A DNA stretch of 64,000 nt from Candidatus Multivoradales bacterium (GCA_965223325.1 CBDCWI010000001.1:704001-768000), one strand, 5' to 3'. Shown: positions 9,401 to 18,775, numbered from the stretch's first letter. Translations and numbers: made by a program. The notes: generated by a model from the letters alone, not told the origin.

Positions 9401-10863
9401 AGGGTTTGCGTGCCGCGGCTCTGAAAACGATCTCCGGCCTCGGATTCGACCAGAGTGATGACGATCGTCGTGGCGGTTTTCCAGGGCACATGCCAGGCCA
9501 TCAAGAGACGGCGACAAACCAGATCGTAGAGCCTCGCCTCGTCTCCCGAGAGACTCTCCGGCGCCCGGTTCTCGGTCGGAAGAATGGCGTGGTGGTCGGT
9601 CACTTTGGACCCGTCGACGAACCGCTTCCCGAGCTTTTTCTGGCCAGTGCCGGCGGCCAGTTTGCCAGCGTAACGATGTTCGATCGCGGCGACGACCTGG
9701 GGCAGCTCGGCCTCGTTTTCCGGCGCGATGTGGCGACTGTCGGTTCGTGGATAGGTGATCAGCTTGCGCCCTTCGTAGAGACCCTGCGCAACCTGCAGGG
9801 TGCGCTTGGCACTCCAGCCCCACAGGCGGTTGGCGTGCCGTTGAAGCTCGGTCAGGTCATAAAACCGTGGCGCCGCCATCGAACGCTGGCGGGCATCGAG
9901 TGACTCGACGCGAGCCGGCGCGTTCAGACAGCGCTCGATGATGGCGGCGACCTGCTCTTCTGGGCCGGGCCCTTCGGCTGACTCCTTCTTCTCGCCGCCC
10001 GCTTTGGCTTCATCGGGCACGAAGAAACGAAAGGCCTTTTGGTCCTTGGGGTCGGCAAGGTAGCGGCCCTTCCAGACCACCGGCGAGCCCTCCTCTGAGG
10101 TGCCTTCAAAAGAGGCATCGGAGACAGGCCGCCCTTCGAACGTCGCCTCGACCTCGAAGTAGGTCTGCGGCACGAAGGCCCGTATCTCGAGTTCACGCTC
10201 GACGACCATCGCCAGGGTCGGCGTCTGCACACGGCCGACCGGCAGGGTTTCGTCAGCCGCGAGGCTGGTCGCCCGCGACAGGTTCATGCCCACCAACCAG
10301 TCGGCGCGGCTACGCCCGCGCGCCGCGTCGGCGAGACCGTCGAAGTCTTCCGCCGGCCGCAGGTTCAAGAAGCCCTGGCGAATCGCAGCCGTGGTCATGT
10401 TCGAGATCCACAACCGACGCACCGATTTCCTGGCTCCCGCTGCTTCGTAGAGGTACCGGAAGATCAACTCGCCCTCGCGACCGGCGTCGGTCGCCGACAC
10501 GACGCCAGTCACCGCCCGCGCCCGCAACAGGCGCTTTACGACAGCGAACTGCTCCCTGGTCTTCTCCTGGACCGCAAGGGGCCACTCCTCAGGCAGCATC
10601 GGGAGAGCGCTGCGACGCCAGCGCTTCCAGTCGGGGCGGATTTCGTGGGGCTCGGGAAGCCGCACCAAATGGCCGATCGCCCAGGTGACCAGCCAGTCGT
10701 CGCCTTCGAGGTAACCGTTGCGACGCTGGTTGGCCCCGAGGACCCGGGCCAGGTCTCGCGCCACGGAGGGCTTCTCGGCCACTACCAGGGTTTTCTTGCC
10801 GGTGGGGGCGGGTTCACGTGTGGCGTTCTTTTTGCGCCTCGATTTCTTCCTGGTTGGTGACAT
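6469..10863 (-). CDS. topB: DNA topoisomerase III - RecQ helicase - HRDC fusion protein
   Basis: One open frame contains TOPRIM (VAEKPSVA, ATDAGREGE), catalytic ITYPRTDS and GLGTPATRA, then a Pro/Ala linker. After it come RecQ motif 0 FGFDDFRPFQ, MPTGAGKSLCYQ, DEAHCISQWGHDFRPDY, YYQEIGRAGRDG, Zn motif CGQCDVC and HRDC LREWR...VPAFTIL. Start taken as ATG 10863. Confidence 0.93.
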   Translation of the reverse strand: MSPTRKKSRRKKNATREPAPTGKKTLVVAEKPSVARDLARVLGANQRRNGYLEGDDWLVTWAIGHLVRLPEPHEIRPDWKRWRRSALPMLPEEWPLAVQEKTREQFAVVKRLLRARAVTGVVSATDAGREGELIFRYLYEAAGARKSVRRLWISNMTTAAIRQGFLNLRPAEDFDGLADAARGRSRADWLVGMNLSRATSLAADETLPVGRVQTPTLAMVVERELEIRAFVPQTYFEVEATFEGRPVSDASFEGTSEEGSPVVWKGRYLADPKDQKAFRFFVPDEAKAGGEKKESAEGPGPEEQVAAIIERCLNAPARVESLDARQRSMAAPRFYDLTELQRHANRLWGWSAKRTLQVAQGLYEGRKLITYPRTDSRHIAPENEAELPQVVAAIEHRYAGKLAAGTGQKKLGKRFVDGSKVTDHHAILPTENRAPESLSGDEARLYDLVCRRLLMAWHVPWKTATTIVITLVESEAGDRFQSRGTQTLDPGWKVLDLELPRGRGRKKKSSKASKEESQLPAELKEGFPGRCALLESQKKETRPPRRFTEATLLTAMETAGKTLDERELEEAMRDRGLGTPATRAETIEGLLRRGYIERLKKALAATEKGIDLIARVHPMVKSPALTGEWEAQLKAIERGEGELSVFWQGIEDFVREAVGRTFGEAAGNATAPAAEDQPPEEPGTLNLFEGEDWAAASPAPGGVPESSPGPSRAPVAAPGASPARTSPSETFLQQASPDEEAPAKPPARKRARTRARAGAPLEIKLVLAERFGFDDFRPFQERVCEAVVAGRDVLLVMPTGAGKSLCYQLPGIARGGSTLVVSPLIALMEDQVIKLQQDGFSAERIHSGRPFEESRAAARAWQNGELDFLYVAPERLGIERFAELLALQPPGLVAIDEAHCISQWGHDFRPDYRLLGERLPALRPAPVIALTATATPRVQRDIAEQLGLLKPALHIHGFRRDNIAIEVAEIRPGARAAVVARLLAASERRPAIVYAPTRKESENIASVLEGEFGAEAYHAGLPSARRDEVQKRFLEGDVDVVVATIAFGMGIDKHNVRSVVHTALPGTLEGYYQEIGRAGRDGRSSRAFLLWSWADRRTHEFFHGRDYPHPKVLAQIWRALGKDPRTIDEVGAMLDLDDEVMRPSVEKLWIHGGALVDPEENLRQGHQNWWQPYVAQRDHRTAQLEDMCRFAQGHACRMLSLVRHFGDQEDDGRACGQCDVCAPDEALALGSRAPHSDEVQVMKTILVELEKARRGQGTGRLFKDVHGIHATTDRGDFEDLLGGLARAGLVLVDVDSFEKDGRKIEYKRARLGSRIKRLWSSRRGGNDAFAADSGAAGLDAVLAAIRLPEDAFPDETAKKSRRSGGRRRSRAKGAGKKLALVGADAPEALVDALREWRLAEARRRKVPAFTILHDKSLVALAAAQPSHPDALLRIPGIGPTKADRWGGEWLEIVARHGGAASSGA

Positions 10864-11075
10864 TGAACTGACTCTCTCAGGTTCTGACGGTTGTCGAAAG
10901 GGCTGTTCTGACGCGTCTTTCCAGACGGAGTGCCTGCCTGGGCTCTCAGTACCCTGAGACGCAAAATGGCGCCGAAACATGACGTGCTCTGTCCCATGCG
11001 ACTCGCGAGACCCAAGGGTCCAACACGGCTAGACTCGCCTCCATCCCGCTCCTCCCAAGAGAGGTCAGAACGCCC

Positions 11076-12761
11076 ATGCCTCGACCCCCAGCCTGCCGAC
11101 ATCACGAGCCGCAGCAGCCGCGGCGCCCGAGGGCCAACTCGCCAGGCGCCCTTCCAAGCATCGTCGTTTTCCTCCTCTCGGCGGCACTTCTCGTTGGCTG
11201 TCCTGAACCCGAGCCCTTTTCGTTGGTCATCTTGCACACCAACGACACGCACGCCCGTTTCCTGCCCACCAACCAGATCGGTTCCACCTGCCGCGACGAA
11301 GACCGCGCCGAGCGCTCTTGCCGCGGCGGCGTCGCGCGACGCGCCTCTCTAGTCGCCGACGTACGCAACCAACACCCCAACGTCCTTCTCCTCGACGCCG
11401 GCGATCAATTCCAGGGCACGCTTTTCTATTCGCGATTCAAGGGGCTCGTGGCGCAGCGCACCATGAACGCTCTGGGTTACGACGCGATGGTCCTCGGCAA
11501 CCACGAGTTCGACGACGGCCCGCCGGTGCTGGCCGAATTCGCCAAGGGCCTCGAGTTTCCCCTGCTCGGCGCCAACATCGATACGAGCGCCGAGCCTCTC
11601 CTGGCTGGCCTCATCGAGAGCAGCACCGTTGTCGAGCGCAGCGGCCGCCGTATCGGAATCGTCGGCTGGATCACTGAAGAGACCGCCCAGCTCTCGAGCC
11701 CCGGCCCAACCGTAGAGTTCGGGGCTATTCAGAGCGCCGTCGAACGTGAGGTCAAGAGTCTCACGGCCCAGAACATCGACGTCATCATCGGGCTCTCGCA
11801 CGCCGGACACCGCTCTGACCTCGAGATCGCCAGAACGGTCGCCGGTCTCGATGTGATCGTCGGCGGTCACACCAACACCCGGCTCTCCAACACCGACGAA
11901 GACGCCGAGGGGCCGTATCCCGAGGTCGTCACAGGGCCTGAAGGTGACCCCGTCCTGGTCGTGACCGACTTCGCCTGGGGCCACTATCTCGGTCAGGTGA
12001 CCGTCGAGTTCGACGCCAAGGGCAGAGCGTTGACCTGGGAGGGCGAGCCGCGACTTCTCGACAGCGACGTACCCGAGAACCCAGCGATGGCCGAGCTGCT
12101 CGCTCCGATGACGGCCGAGATCGCAACCTTCGCTGCCGGTGAGGCAGGCTCGAGTACCGTCGACCTGATCGGACGCGAAAGCATCTGTCGAGCGCGCGAA
12201 TGCAACCTCGGCAATTTGATTGCCGACGCTCTCCTCGACGCCCACCGCGAGGTCGGAATCGAGGTCGCCCTCCAGAACGGCGGCGGCATTCGGGCCAGCC
12301 TTCCCGCCGGCGCCATCAGTCGCGGCCAGGTGCTCGAAGTGCTTCCGTTCGGCAACACGGTCAGCACTTTTGGATTGCTCGGTCGCGATCTCGGAGCGGT
12401 ACTGGAACATGGCGTTTCGCAAGCACACGACCTCGACCTCGGCGGCACCGGACGGTTCCTTCAGGTGGCCGGTCTGCGCTACCGCTTCGACGTGCGAGAA
12501 CCGCCGGGCGAGCGCGTCCTCTCGGTCGAGGTGCAGGAGGCCGACGGCAGCTGGCAGCCGCTCGACCGAGAACGGACCTATCGCGTCGCCATGAACGCCT
12601 TCAACCGCAACGGTGGCGACGGCTACACCGTCCTCGCCGAGCGCGCCATCGACCCCTACGACCAGGGAGCCACCCTGGCAGAAGTGGTGACGGACTATCT
12701 GGTCGAGCATGCGCCGGTGGAGCCGACGATCGACGGCCGGATTGTTCGAATCGAGAACTGA
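11076..12761 (+). CDS. 5'-nucleotidase / UDP-sugar hydrolase (UshA-like) lipoprotein
   Basis: Lipobox-like LLVGC; metallophosphoesterase motifs HTNDTH, DAGD, GNHEFD and GGHT; C-terminal NGGGIR domain. Exact start uncertain. Confidence 0.9.
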   Translation: MPRPPACRHHEPQQPRRPRANSPGALPSIVVFLLSAALLVGCPEPEPFSLVILHTNDTHARFLPTNQIGSTCRDEDRAERSCRGGVARRASLVADVRNQHPNVLLLDAGDQFQGTLFYSRFKGLVAQRTMNALGYDAMVLGNHEFDDGPPVLAEFAKGLEFPLLGANIDTSAEPLLAGLIESSTVVERSGRRIGIVGWITEETAQLSSPGPTVEFGAIQSAVEREVKSLTAQNIDVIIGLSHAGHRSDLEIARTVAGLDVIVGGHTNTRLSNTDEDAEGPYPEVVTGPEGDPVLVVTDFAWGHYLGQVTVEFDAKGRALTWEGEPRLLDSDVPENPAMAELLAPMTAEIATFAAGEAGSSTVDLIGRESICRARECNLGNLIADALLDAHREVGIEVALQNGGGIRASLPAGAISRGQVLEVLPFGNTVSTFGLLGRDLGAVLEHGVSQAHDLDLGGTGRFLQVAGLRYRFDVREPPGERVLSVEVQEADGSWQPLDRERTYRVAMNAFNRNGGDGYTVLAERAIDPYDQGATLAEVVTDYLVEHAPVEPTIDGRIVRIEN

Positions 12762-12779
12762 TGGGCGGTTGAACCTGTG

Positions 12780-12905
12780 AGATTCTGAATCTGACAGCTC
12801 TCGATTTGTTTGAAACAAACAATATTTCGTTGAAAAGAAACACAAGACAGATTCAGGTGATAGTTTAGATTTCCTAGTTTCGCTGAATCAACTCCCTGAT
12901 TCGGC
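12780..12905. promoter_or_regulatory. AT-rich upstream region with inverted repeats; candidate operator or promoter of the GGDEF-EAL gene
   Basis: TTGTTTG-AAA-CAAACAA (12806-12822), AGATTC-T-GAATCT (12780-12792) and five GAWTC motifs; far more AT-rich than its surroundings. Confidence 0.45.
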
Positions 12906-12924
12906 AGTGCTCGCCAAAGGAAGC

Positions 12925-15900
12925 ATGAACTTCGCCAGCGCGCCCGGCCGGCGCCAGAGATCCACCCGACCTTCAGGCCATCGCGGCTGGAGCACCGCCC
13001 AACGTGCCTGGCTCGAACGCCGGCGGTTGGCTGGGCTTTTGACCAACCCACTCGGCCTGCATCTAGGGATCGCGACCGTAGCCATTGCGATCGGCTTCTG
13101 GGCTGCCCATCTCCACCCATGGATTCCCGCCTGGATCGCGGCCCTGGCACTTACTGCCAGCGCTCGCTGGCGATTGCTCTATTCGTGGCGTCGCAACCCC
13201 CGCCGACACACGGTGAGCGGTTGGCGCGGGCGCTACGGCTTGACGCTGCACACCGAGGGCTGGCTCTGGGCGATGCTCGCGGGACCCTTCTTTCCTGCCC
13301 CGACGAGTCATCCGGCGATCGCTGTCGGCCTTCTCCTCACCGCCCTGCCGGTCACCGGCCTTTTGTTGTACTCGTCCAGCCTGTGGATGTTCGCCGCTTT
13401 CTCGGCGCCGATTCTCGTCGCCGCGACTCTCCGATCGTTGGCCGTTGTCGAGATGGATTCGACCTGGATCTCACTCTTCTGGCCCGGCTTCTTCCTGCTG
13501 CTCTTTGGCATTGCCGCCCACTTGCGGCGGGGCACCCTCGACTCGCTCGAGCTCGAGTACGAGAACCGTCTTTTGCTCGACGAGTTCGAGCGCACGAATC
13601 GTGACCTGCTGGCACGCACCCGCTCGCAGGAAGCGGCGCGCCAAGAGCTCCTCCGCCGCGACGCCATTCTGCAGGCCGTGCGCTTCGCCGCCGAGCACCT
13701 GCTGGACAGCCGGACCTGGGAGGAAGACCCGGTCGAGATTCTCGAGCAGCTCGGCCTCGCCGACGGGGTACAAAGGGTGCAGCTCTTGCACTACCATCAA
13801 GCGAGCGGTGCCTTGAGGGTCGAGAACCGCTACGTCTGGACCACCGAAACCACCTCTACCCTCGACGCGCCGCTCGAACTGCCGGTACACGAGGCCGATC
13901 GAAGCGGCGTCGACCCGGTTCTGATCACCGCTTGGCGCTCGACTCTGGAGGCAGAGCAGCCGGTGTTCATCGGACGAAGTGGAACCGAGGGCTTGGCACT
14001 CCGGCTCCTCGAAGCGCACGGGACGAAGTCGCTGGCTGCCATCCCGGTCACGGTGCGCGGCGAGCTGTGGGGAACTCTGGTCTTCGAGGACCTGGCCGCA
14101 GAACGCACGTGGGTCGAAACGGAGCGCAGCGCCCTCCTGGCGGCTGCCAACATGCTCGGAGCCGCCGTCCAGGGCATGCGCACCGAAGAAGCCCTACGCC
14201 ACTCGGACGACCGCTACCGATTGCTGGCGGAGAACACCAGCGACCTCGTCGCGCTTCACAAACCCGACGCCAGCTATCTCTACGTCAGCCCCTCGAGCCA
14301 AACGCTCTTGGGGTTCGAGTCCTTCGAACTCATGCAGTTCGACCCGCTTGCGCTGGTGCTCGACGCAGAGCGCGAGGAAGTCAGACAGCGCCTCCTGACC
14401 GCCGCTAGAACCGACGACACCGACCCGTTGACCTATCGCATGCGGCACTCTGACGGGCGCCTGATCTGGGTCGAAACCAGAGTACGGGCGGTACGCGACG
14501 GCCTCGGCCAGATGACTCTTTTTGTAACCTCTTCGCGCGACGTGACCGAGCGGCGGCGCGCAGACGAACAGCTCTACCGCGAAAAGGAACTGGCCCAGGT
14601 CACCCTCTCTTCGATTGGCGATGGAGTCATCACCACAGATGGTCAAGGGGTCATCCAGTACATGAACCCCGCAGCCCGCCGCTTGACCGGTCGCCGGGGC
14701 CAGATCGACGGCCTGGAGGTTCGCCGCCTGTTCGGCGACAGAGGCGAGAGTGCGGCGTTTGCCCGCCTGGTCGACAGAGCTCTCGACTCACCCGAGATCG
14801 TGTCACCGGAGAACCCGCTGGTCCTCACTGCGCCCGACGACGCGGAGATCGCAATCAAGGTCACCGCGGCCCGCCTGCGCGATCGCCATCGGCAGACGAT
14901 CGGCACCGTCACCGTCCTACACGATGTCACCGACAACCGCCGACTCGCCGAGCAGCTGACCTACCACGCCACCCGCGACCCACTGACCGATCTCCTCAAC
15001 CGTCGAGAGTTCGAGAACCGCCTCCATCATTCCGTTCGCACCCGACTCGATGGTGAGGGTGACGCGCTGTGTTACCTCGATCTCGATCAGTTCAAAGTCG
15101 TCAACGACACCTGCGGCCACGCTGCCGGCGATGAGCTCCTCCGTCAGCTGGCGGGCATTCTCCGCACTCACGTCCGACAGACCGACGTCGTCGCACGCCT
15201 CGGCGGCGACGAGTTCGGACTGCTCCTGACCGAGTGTCCAGCGGAGCGCGCCGAAAGTGTTGCCCAGGGTATCTGCGAAGCGGTGCGAGCCTTTCGCTTC
15301 ACCTGGCAAGACAAAGCCTTTCGCCTCGGCGCCAGCATCGGCGTCGTACCGATCACCCAGGGCGTGTCGAGCGTGACGGAGCTTCTGAGTGCCGCCGACA
15401 CGGCCTGCTACGCGGCCAAGGATAGCGGCCGCAACCGGGTTCACATGTTTACCGCGGGCGATTCCGCGATTGCCAAACGCACCGGCGACATGGAGTGGGT
15501 CAGCCGCGTCCACGGCGCCCTCGAGAACGACCTTTTCGAACTCTGGTACCAGCCGATCTTCGACGCCCAACCGGCACCGCTGCAGAATCCCGAATCGTTC
15601 ACACTGCGTTTGCATGAAACGATCGCGCCGCGCGTCGAGATCCTGCTGCGTATGAAGGGCGAGGATGGCGAAACGATCTTGCCGGGTTCGTTCATACCAG
15701 CGGCCGAGCGCTACAACACCATGCCGGCAGTCGACCGCTGGGTGGTCGCAAGAACCCTCGGCGCCTTCGCCCCCAGGTGGCACGCTGGGTCCCGTGGGGC
15801 GCTCGACTGCTTCATCAACCTGTCGGGCCCGACCCTGACCGATCCCTCTTTCGGTGACTTCGTCAAAGAACAGATCGAACAACACCGAGTTCCCACTGGC

Positions 15901-16332
15901 CGTTTGTGCTTCGAGATCACCGAAACCGCGGCCATTACCAACCTCCGTGAAGCACGCAAGCTGATCAGGGAGCTCCAGGAGCTCGGCTGCCGCTTCGCGC
16001 TCGACGACTTCGGCAGTGGGCTGTCCTCCTTCGCCTACCTGCGTAGCCTGCCGGTTGATTTTCTGAAGATCGATGGTCTCTTCGTCAAAGACATCGACCG
16101 CGACGAAATCGACTATTCGATCGTCGAGTCGATCCATCGCGTGGGCCGCGGCCTCGGGTTGAAGACGATTGCCGAGTTCGTCGAGAGCGACGCCATCCGC
16201 GATCGCCTGATGGGGCTCGGCGTCGATTGCCTGCAAGGCTACGGGCTCGCCAAACCGCGACCGCTCGGCGACCTGTTCTCGCCGCCACCTGCCGATGACA
16301 TCCTGTACGGCCCGACGGCCGGTCAGGCTTAG
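12925..16332 (+). CDS. Membrane-anchored GAF-PAS-PAS-GGDEF-EAL diguanylate cyclase/phosphodiesterase
   Basis: N-terminal TM helices, GAF (IPVTVRGELWGTL), two PAS (RDVTERR, HDVT), RQTD I-site plus GGDEF, and EAL-domain motifs EILLRM, EITET, DDFGSG, KID, AEFVE, QGY. ATG 12925 follows AAAGGAAG. Confidence 0.93.
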   Translation: MNFASAPGRRQRSTRPSGHRGWSTAQRAWLERRRLAGLLTNPLGLHLGIATVAIAIGFWAAHLHPWIPAWIAALALTASARWRLLYSWRRNPRRHTVSGWRGRYGLTLHTEGWLWAMLAGPFFPAPTSHPAIAVGLLLTALPVTGLLLYSSSLWMFAAFSAPILVAATLRSLAVVEMDSTWISLFWPGFFLLLFGIAAHLRRGTLDSLELEYENRLLLDEFERTNRDLLARTRSQEAARQELLRRDAILQAVRFAAEHLLDSRTWEEDPVEILEQLGLADGVQRVQLLHYHQASGALRVENRYVWTTETTSTLDAPLELPVHEADRSGVDPVLITAWRSTLEAEQPVFIGRSGTEGLALRLLEAHGTKSLAAIPVTVRGELWGTLVFEDLAAERTWVETERSALLAAANMLGAAVQGMRTEEALRHSDDRYRLLAENTSDLVALHKPDASYLYVSPSSQTLLGFESFELMQFDPLALVLDAEREEVRQRLLTAARTDDTDPLTYRMRHSDGRLIWVETRVRAVRDGLGQMTLFVTSSRDVTERRRADEQLYREKELAQVTLSSIGDGVITTDGQGVIQYMNPAARRLTGRRGQIDGLEVRRLFGDRGESAAFARLVDRALDSPEIVSPENPLVLTAPDDAEIAIKVTAARLRDRHRQTIGTVTVLHDVTDNRRLAEQLTYHATRDPLTDLLNRREFENRLHHSVRTRLDGEGDALCYLDLDQFKVVNDTCGHAAGDELLRQLAGILRTHVRQTDVVARLGGDEFGLLLTECPAERAESVAQGICEAVRAFRFTWQDKAFRLGASIGVVPITQGVSSVTELLSAADTACYAAKDSGRNRVHMFTAGDSAIAKRTGDMEWVSRVHGALENDLFELWYQPIFDAQPAPLQNPESFTLRLHETIAPRVEILLRMKGEDGETILPGSFIPAAERYNTMPAVDRWVVARTLGAFAPRWHAGSRGALDCFINLSGPTLTDPSFGDFVKEQIEQHRVPTGRLCFEITETAAITNLREARKLIRELQELGCRFALDDFGSGLSSFAYLRSLPVDFLKIDGLFVKDIDRDEIDYSIVESIHRVGRGLGLKTIAEFVESDAIRDRLMGLGVDCLQGYGLAKPRPLGDLFSPPPADDILYGPTAGQA

Positions 16333-17108
16333 CCCAAGGCATCGAAGCGCCGTACCGCAAGTTCCCCACCTCGCCAACAGGCGGCAGCGGCAAACCCCGG
16401 GTAGGGCTCGAAATCGAGTACTGACCACTCCGCGACGTGGTCACCGGGCATCTGGGTGTGCCGCAAGAAGCGGCCAACCACCTGCTGGTCGGCCGCCTCG
16501 AGGTCTACCGAGGACACTTCGAAAAGGCGTGACGAAAAGGAGAGGCCGGTGCCCCAGGCTTTGAGGTAGGCCTCTTTCCGGCACCAGGTACGGTAGAACG
16601 AGTCGACTTTTCGATTCTCCGGCAGGGCCTGCCACTGCCGAGTCTCCGAGGCGGCGAAGAACCGTCGGGCAAGTCCAGCCAACCTGCGATCGGCACGACG
16701 CTCTTCGACGTCGACCCCGAGCCGTAGGCCTGAAGCGACTCCAACGATCGCCACGTCGGCCGAGTGGGAGAGGTTGAACACCAGGTCACCCGCGCCCCGA
16801 ACGCTCGGATGCCCGTGTTCGCCATAGGTGAACTCGATCGCCGCTGGATCGCGGTCGAGGTAGCGGGACAGAACGAGCCGCAGGGTCGTCCGTGCAGCGA
16901 AGCGCTCGATGCGCTTGCGCTCGATGATCAGGCGACCGAAGCGCTCCTTCTCATCAGGCGACAGGATGCTGTCGTCAGAGCCCTCGGGCGTCAGTCGGAA
17001 CCGCCAGAGATCGAGCTCCCTACCGGACGTACCCTTCTGCCAGGTCTCGCGCCCGGCCCACGCGGGCGAAAGAGCGCGAGGCGGTCGCTCGGCGGGCGCC
17101 TCACTCAC
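16329..17108 (-). CDS. Sfp/HetI-type 4'-phosphopantetheinyl transferase (PfaE-equivalent)
   Basis: FNLSHS, LGVDVE and WCRKEAYLKAWG motifs; GTG start overlaps the oleD-like stop (GTGA 17105-17108). Confidence 0.92.
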   Translation of the reverse strand: MSEAPAERPPRALSPAWAGRETWQKGTSGRELDLWRFRLTPEGSDDSILSPDEKERFGRLIIERKRIERFAARTTLRLVLSRYLDRDPAAIEFTYGEHGHPSVRGAGDLVFNLSHSADVAIVGVASGLRLGVDVEERRADRRLAGLARRFFAASETRQWQALPENRKVDSFYRTWCRKEAYLKAWGTGLSFSSRLFEVSSVDLEAADQQVVGRFLRHTQMPGDHVAEWSVLDFEPYPGFAAAACWRGGELAVRRFDALG

Positions 17109-18175
17109 CGAGCCGCTGCCTCGTTGTTGCCGGCCTGATCCCGGGCCAGCCGCGCGAGGCCCTCCTCAATCGAAACCTCGGGACGGTAGCCAAAGTCGCG
17201 CTCGGCCGCGCCGAGATCGAACCAGTGCGAGGTGGTGAGCTCGTCGACCACCCAACGTGTGAGGGGCGGTTCATCGCTTCTCCCGGTCGCCAACCACAAC
17301 AACTCGCAAGCGGCGGCGGCCGTGCGAGCCACAGGCTGTGGAACCGCCGGCTTGCTGGTCCCGGCGTTGGCGGCGCGCAGCATGCTGTCGACCATCTCGA
17401 AAGGAGCGATGCACTCGCCAGAAGTCACGAAGTAGGCCCTGCCACAGGGAGGCTGGTGATGGTCTGCGGCTGCCACCAGGGCCTCCGATGCCAGCACATG
17501 AGCCCGCGCCGCGTCGTCGATGAAGGTCGGCGCGATCTTCTTCTCGGGGCCGCCGATGCGACGCAAACGGCCCGCACGGGCGCGCTCGATCATGCGTGGC
17601 AGCAACTGCGTATCTCCCGGCCCCCAGATCAGGTGAGGCCTGAGAGCCACCGTCTGAAGGGTCGCACAGTTGGCCTCGAGAACCGCACGCTCTGCCACGG
17701 CTTTCGAGCGCGGATAGTGGGCCTCGTAGTGCCGCGGCAGCTCGAGCTCGTGCTCGGCTCTTCCCTCGATGTCGCGACCATCGAAGACGACACTGGGAGT
17801 CGAGGTGTGGATGAGCGCTGGCACGCCGGCCGCCAGGCAGGCATCGATCACATTGCGGGTCCCTTCGATGTTGGTGCGAAAGTAGCCCTCCCAGGGCCCC
17901 CAGGCACCGGCCTTCGCAGCGACATGAAAGACCCGCGAACAACCAGACACTGCCGCTGTCACCGCCTCGCGGTCGGCCAGATCGCCGACATGCTGCTCGA
18001 CACCCTGGCGCTCGAGATCCGGGTACTTTCTCCGCGAGAAGGAACGCACGTCGTGGCCGCGGGCGCGCAGCTCGCGCACCACCGCCCCACCGAGAAAGCC
18101 ACCGCCACCAGTGACCAGGCAGCGCTCCGGCTGCCCGGACGTGCGTGCGCCGATGGGGTCGAGTGGGGTCATCAT
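17105..18175 (-). CDS. oleD: 3-beta-HSD-family NAD(P)-dependent reductase, OleD-like (2-alkyl-3-oxoalkanoate reductase)
   Basis: VTGGGGFLG, FHVAAKAG.WG, TSTPSVVF, YPRSK (YxxxK) and LRPHLIWGPGD; oleABC and a PPTase nearby. Start re-called to ATG 18175 or 18172. Confidence 0.8.
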   Translation of the reverse strand: MMTPLDPIGARTSGQPERCLVTGGGGFLGGAVVRELRARGHDVRSFSRRKYPDLERQGVEQHVGDLADREAVTAAVSGCSRVFHVAAKAGAWGPWEGYFRTNIEGTRNVIDACLAAGVPALIHTSTPSVVFDGRDIEGRAEHELELPRHYEAHYPRSKAVAERAVLEANCATLQTVALRPHLIWGPGDTQLLPRMIERARAGRLRRIGGPEKKIAPTFIDDAARAHVLASEALVAAADHHQPPCGRAYFVTSGECIAPFEMVDSMLRAANAGTSKPAVPQPVARTAAAACELLWLATGRSDEPPLTRWVVDELTTSHWFDLGAAERDFGYRPEVSIEEGLARLARDQAGNNEAAAR

Positions 18176-18277
18176 CGGACCATTCTGCCTCAGCGCACCC
18201 CGTGCGCGGCAGAGCCGCGCTTGGCGGGGGGTACAGGCGCTAAGCTTGGCCAACCAAATCAAACTGGAGACTCGCCG

Positions 18278-18775
18278 ATGCCGCACCTTCTCCTTCGTCC
18301 GCTCAGTGCCACCGTTCTCGCCGCAGTCGTCGCAGCCACTGCTCTGCCAGCACCACTCGCAGCCGAAGAGGCGAACCGCGATGACGCGTTCGCCGCCCTC
18401 TTCGAAGGCAAGCGACTCGAGGGCAACTTCAACGTCGTCGGCGCCGATGGCCTGTCGGTGCCCTACGACGAGCTCTACATGGTCTCCGACCTCGAGCGAG
18501 GCGAGGGCGATACCTGGATCTTCACCGCCAGCATGAAGTACGGCGACAATGCCCCGGCCGCCGAGTTTCCGATTCCGGTGCAGGTCCTCTGGGCCGGCGA
18601 GACTCCGGTCATCACCATGACCGAACAGACTGTCGAAGGCCTCGGCACGTTCACGGTTCGCCTCCTGCTCCATGGGGACCGCTACGCCGGTACCTGGCAA
18701 CACGGCCAATTCGGCGGCCATATGTGGGGCATGTTGGTCGACGCGGCCGACGGCGGACAAGAAGGCAGCAACTAG
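18278..18775 (+). CDS. Secreted hypothetical protein (predicted beta-rich)
   Basis: GGAGA RBS before ATG 18278; signal peptide ending ALPAPLAA; WAGETPVITMT...YAGTWQHG...GGHMWG looks conserved. This is the 3' part of track ORF 17225-18775. Confidence 0.8.
   Translation: MPHLLLRPLSATVLAAVVAATALPAPLAAEEANRDDAFAALFEGKRLEGNFNVVGADGLSVPYDELYMVSDLERGEGDTWIFTASMKYGDNAPAAEFPIPVQVLWAGETPVITMTEQTVEGLGTFTVRLLLHGDRYAGTWQHGQFGGHMWGMLVDAADGGQEGSN

Noticed and set aside
6469-10863. Reverse gyrase
   Set aside because: The domain order is topoisomerase then helicase, and the helicase is RecQ-type with HRDC, unlike reverse gyrase.
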